Part shown: in pieces, positions 61,937 through 64,000 of the stretch | Layout of the letters: each line of letters begins with the position of its first letter | Numbering within the stretch: position 1 is the stretch's first letter | DNA from: a candidate division TM6 bacterium GW2011_GWF2_28_16 | GTDB lineage: Bacteria > Babelota > Babeliae > Babelales > UASB340 | Reading direction: 5' to 3' | NCBI GenBank assembly: GCA_000989185.1 | Contig: LBNX01000005.1 | Span: 11,926-75,925 of the forward strand | DNA length: 64,000 nucleotides | Program-made: the position numbers and the translations under genes | Notes under the pieces: model-generated | What the model saw: the letters and a program-made list of their open reading frames with translations, nothing else | Databases searched by the model: none | What the model was told of the DNA's origin: nothing

Positions 61937-63175
61937 TTACCAAAGATTATTCATTGCATCTTGCAATACTTTAGGCAAAATTACAGAACCATCTTGTTGC
62001 TGATAAACTTCCATTAAAGCAACCATAAGTCTTGGCAACGCAAGCGAAGATGCATTTAAAGTATGAACAAGTTCTGGTTTTGAATCAGCACTCTTTCTAT
62101 ACCTAATTTGAGCTCTTCTTGCCTGAAAATCTGTACAATTACTACAAGACGAAACTTCGTAATATTGTCCCTGACCTGGAAGCCAGACTTCAATATCATA
62201 AGTTTTTGATGAAGCAAAAGAACAATCTTGTGCTGCCAATAAACTTACCCTATAATGTAAGCCTAGCATTTGTAATATTTTTTCTGCAGATTTTATCATA
62301 CGAATTAATTCTTCGTTAGATTCTTTTGGTTCACATACAGAATAAATTTCAACTTTTTCAAATTGATGAATTCTAATTAAGCCTCTTTCTGTTGAACCAT
62401 AACCTCCAGCTTCTCTTCTAAAACAACTTGTCCATGCAGCATATCTTTTTGGTAAATCTTGAACATTTAAAATTTGTCCTGCATGCACATTTGTTAAACT
62501 AACCTCTGCTGTGGGTATTAAACACAAATCATCTTGCATTTTATAAAAGTCACCTTCAAACTTTGGTAAATTACTAGAATTTACAAGAGCTTGTTCTTTT
62601 ACCAAATAAGGTGGTATTACTGGTTCAAAACCATGTTGATAATTATTTTTAAGCATTAAATTTGTTAATGCATAAATTAACTTAACTGCATCTTTTTTGT
62701 AAAAAATAAAATTTGAACCCGACATTACTGTTGCAGCATCAAAATCAAACCAACCAAGCTTTTCGTTTAGTTCAACATGATTTTTTGGTTTAAAATTAAA
62801 CTCTTTTTTTGATCCAAAATCCCAAGCTGTTTTATTAGATTCTTTGTTGCCCTCAGGAATATCATCTTGTGGAATATTAGGACAAGATAATAATAATTTT
62901 TTAAAATCTTTTTCTATTTCTAGCAAATTATTTTCTTTGTCTTTTAATAATTTACTTATTTCTATAGATTTATCTCGCAATTCTTGAGTAATTCCCTGTT
63001 TGCCTTTTGCAGCAAGATCATTTTTTTCTTTTCTTAAATTTTCTATTTCTAAATTCAAGGCTCGAACTTTTATATCTAAATCTATTAATTTATTTATTTC
63101 AAACTTCGGCTCTTTTTTTAAAATTAATTTTTTAATTTTATCAGCATCTGTTCTTAATAAATTTAAATCTATCAT
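61937..63175 (-). CDS. serS: serine--tRNA ligase
   Basis: N-terminal coiled-coil arm and class II motifs (FRREAGGYG; TAEVSLTN; GSVILPKVL). 412 aa. Confidence 0.96.
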   Translation of the reverse strand: MIDLNLLRTDADKIKKLILKKEPKFEINKLIDLDIKVRALNLEIENLRKEKNDLAAKGKQGITQELRDKSIEISKLLKDKENNLLEIEKDFKKLLLSCPNIPQDDIPEGNKESNKTAWDFGSKKEFNFKPKNHVELNEKLGWFDFDAATVMSGSNFIFYKKDAVKLIYALTNLMLKNNYQHGFEPVIPPYLVKEQALVNSSNLPKFEGDFYKMQDDLCLIPTAEVSLTNVHAGQILNVQDLPKRYAAWTSCFRREAGGYGSTERGLIRIHQFEKVEIYSVCEPKESNEELIRMIKSAEKILQMLGLHYRVSLLAAQDCSFASSKTYDIEVWLPGQGQYYEVSSCSNCTDFQARRAQIRYRKSADSKPELVHTLNASSLALPRLMVALMEVYQQQDGSVILPKVLQDAMNNLW

Positions 63176-63176
63176 T

Positions 63177-64000
63177 TTAAACTCCAGCTAACGTAACACC
63201 AGGCTCCAATTTTATTAAACTAATTTTTTCATACACAGATTTTGTATTATCTTTTAATGCATCAATTAATTTAAATAAACTAATTTTTTTCTGACCCGAA
63301 AATTTATTTACCTGTTTTTCCAAATTCTGGGTAAAATAAATAATCAAACCTTTGTCAGTATAACTTAAATCTTTCTTTTCACTATTATATTTAAGTAAAA
63401 TCTTGTAAACATCAGACACACATAAATTTAAATTATTAGTACGAGAATTAAAATAATTTTTTATTATTTTTCTTAAAATATAAATCGATACTAATCCGGC
63501 TGTTCCAATTAACAATGGATTTTTAACAACATTAAACGTTTTAGAAATCGCATCTAAACTATCCAAAATAATTCTATATGCCATTAAATAATGCACCTCT
63601 ATCATCACAGGAGTTTTGTCACTAACGCCACCAAGTCCACTATTAATTTTAGATGCTATACCAAGAAAATTTGCAAAAAAGCCATTATTTTGTTGATCAT
63701 TTTCCTGTACATTATTTAAAAGAACTTGTCGTTTAAGATCAAGAAGCATATCCATAGAAGGTGACAAATATTCGTTATTAAAATCAGGATTAAAACCCTT
63801 TTCATCTAATTGTTTAATACCATTAAGTAAATTATTTTCTAAGTAGCTTTTATATTTTAAGATCTCTATTTTAGAAATATTTTGCTTAGTTTGATTTGCA
63901 TAATTTAAAACAACTTGTTTTTTATTATTTACAAAATTTTTAATACTATCTTTATTTTTATAAAACAAATAAGCACTTGTTCCCAAAACAACTGTCCAAA
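63177..64000 (-). CDS. hypothetical membrane-associated protein, 5' end probably outside the window
   Basis: The reading frame stays open from 63986 to the window edge. The stop lies 1 nt from the serS start (operon). There is an internal hydrophobic segment (LLIGTAGLVSIYIL). Confidence 0.5.
   Translation of the reverse strand, partial: WTVVLGTSAYLFYKNKDSIKNFVNNKKQVVLNYANQTKQNISKIEILKYKSYLENNLLNGIKQLDEKGFNPDFNNEYLSPSMDMLLDLKRQVLLNNVQENDQQNNGFFANFLGIASKINSGLGGVSDKTPVMIEVHYLMAYRIILDSLDAISKTFNVVKNPLLIGTAGLVSIYILRKIIKNYFNSRTNNLNLCVSDVYKILLKYNSEKKDLSYTDKGLIIYFTQNLEKQVNKFSGQKKISLFKLIDALKDNTKSVYEKISLIKLEPGVTLAGV

Overview
Very AT-rich (roughly 25-30% GC by eye), densely coding bacterial chromosomal segment with about 60 protein genes and 4 tRNAs. 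I saw no rRNA, CRISPR array, transposase, integrase or prophage genes. Housekeeping genes are confidently recognisable: gyrA, dprA, maf, ruvB, trpS, serS, tig, rpmH-rnpA-yidD (rpmH is missing from the ORF track), rsmG, secD, hemW, yebC, yicC and a Lig1-type ATP-dependent DNA ligase. Diderm envelope genes are also present: hldE, kdsC, two GT9 and two tandem GT4 glycosyltransferases, a TolC-like protein, two MacAB-type efflux modules, HtrA and an M16 peptidase. Among these sit eukaryote-like repeat proteins that all carry Sec-type signal peptides: five ribonuclease-inhibitor-type LRR proteins (three in a recently duplicated tandem array) and one ankyrin protein. One of the LRR proteins ends in a textbook eukaryotic RING-H2 finger. 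There are also many lineage-specific secreted proteins. The content fits an obligate intracellular or protist-associated diderm such as Dependentiae/TM6; this is inference only. The most notable observations follow. (1) The LRR-RING-H2 candidate E3 ligase is wedged between two efflux modules. (2) A palindromic element occurs in two copies with a compensatory stem change, one copy inside the rnpA reading frame. (3) A GC-rich element with mutually exclusive long hairpins lies between gyrA and dprA. (4) A tRNA-Leu has an apparent AAG anticodon. (5) The LRR gene expansion carries a copied relic of the DNA ligase 3' end. (6) A translationally coupled two-gene operon encodes a 1030-aa and a 424-aa secreted protein of unknown function.
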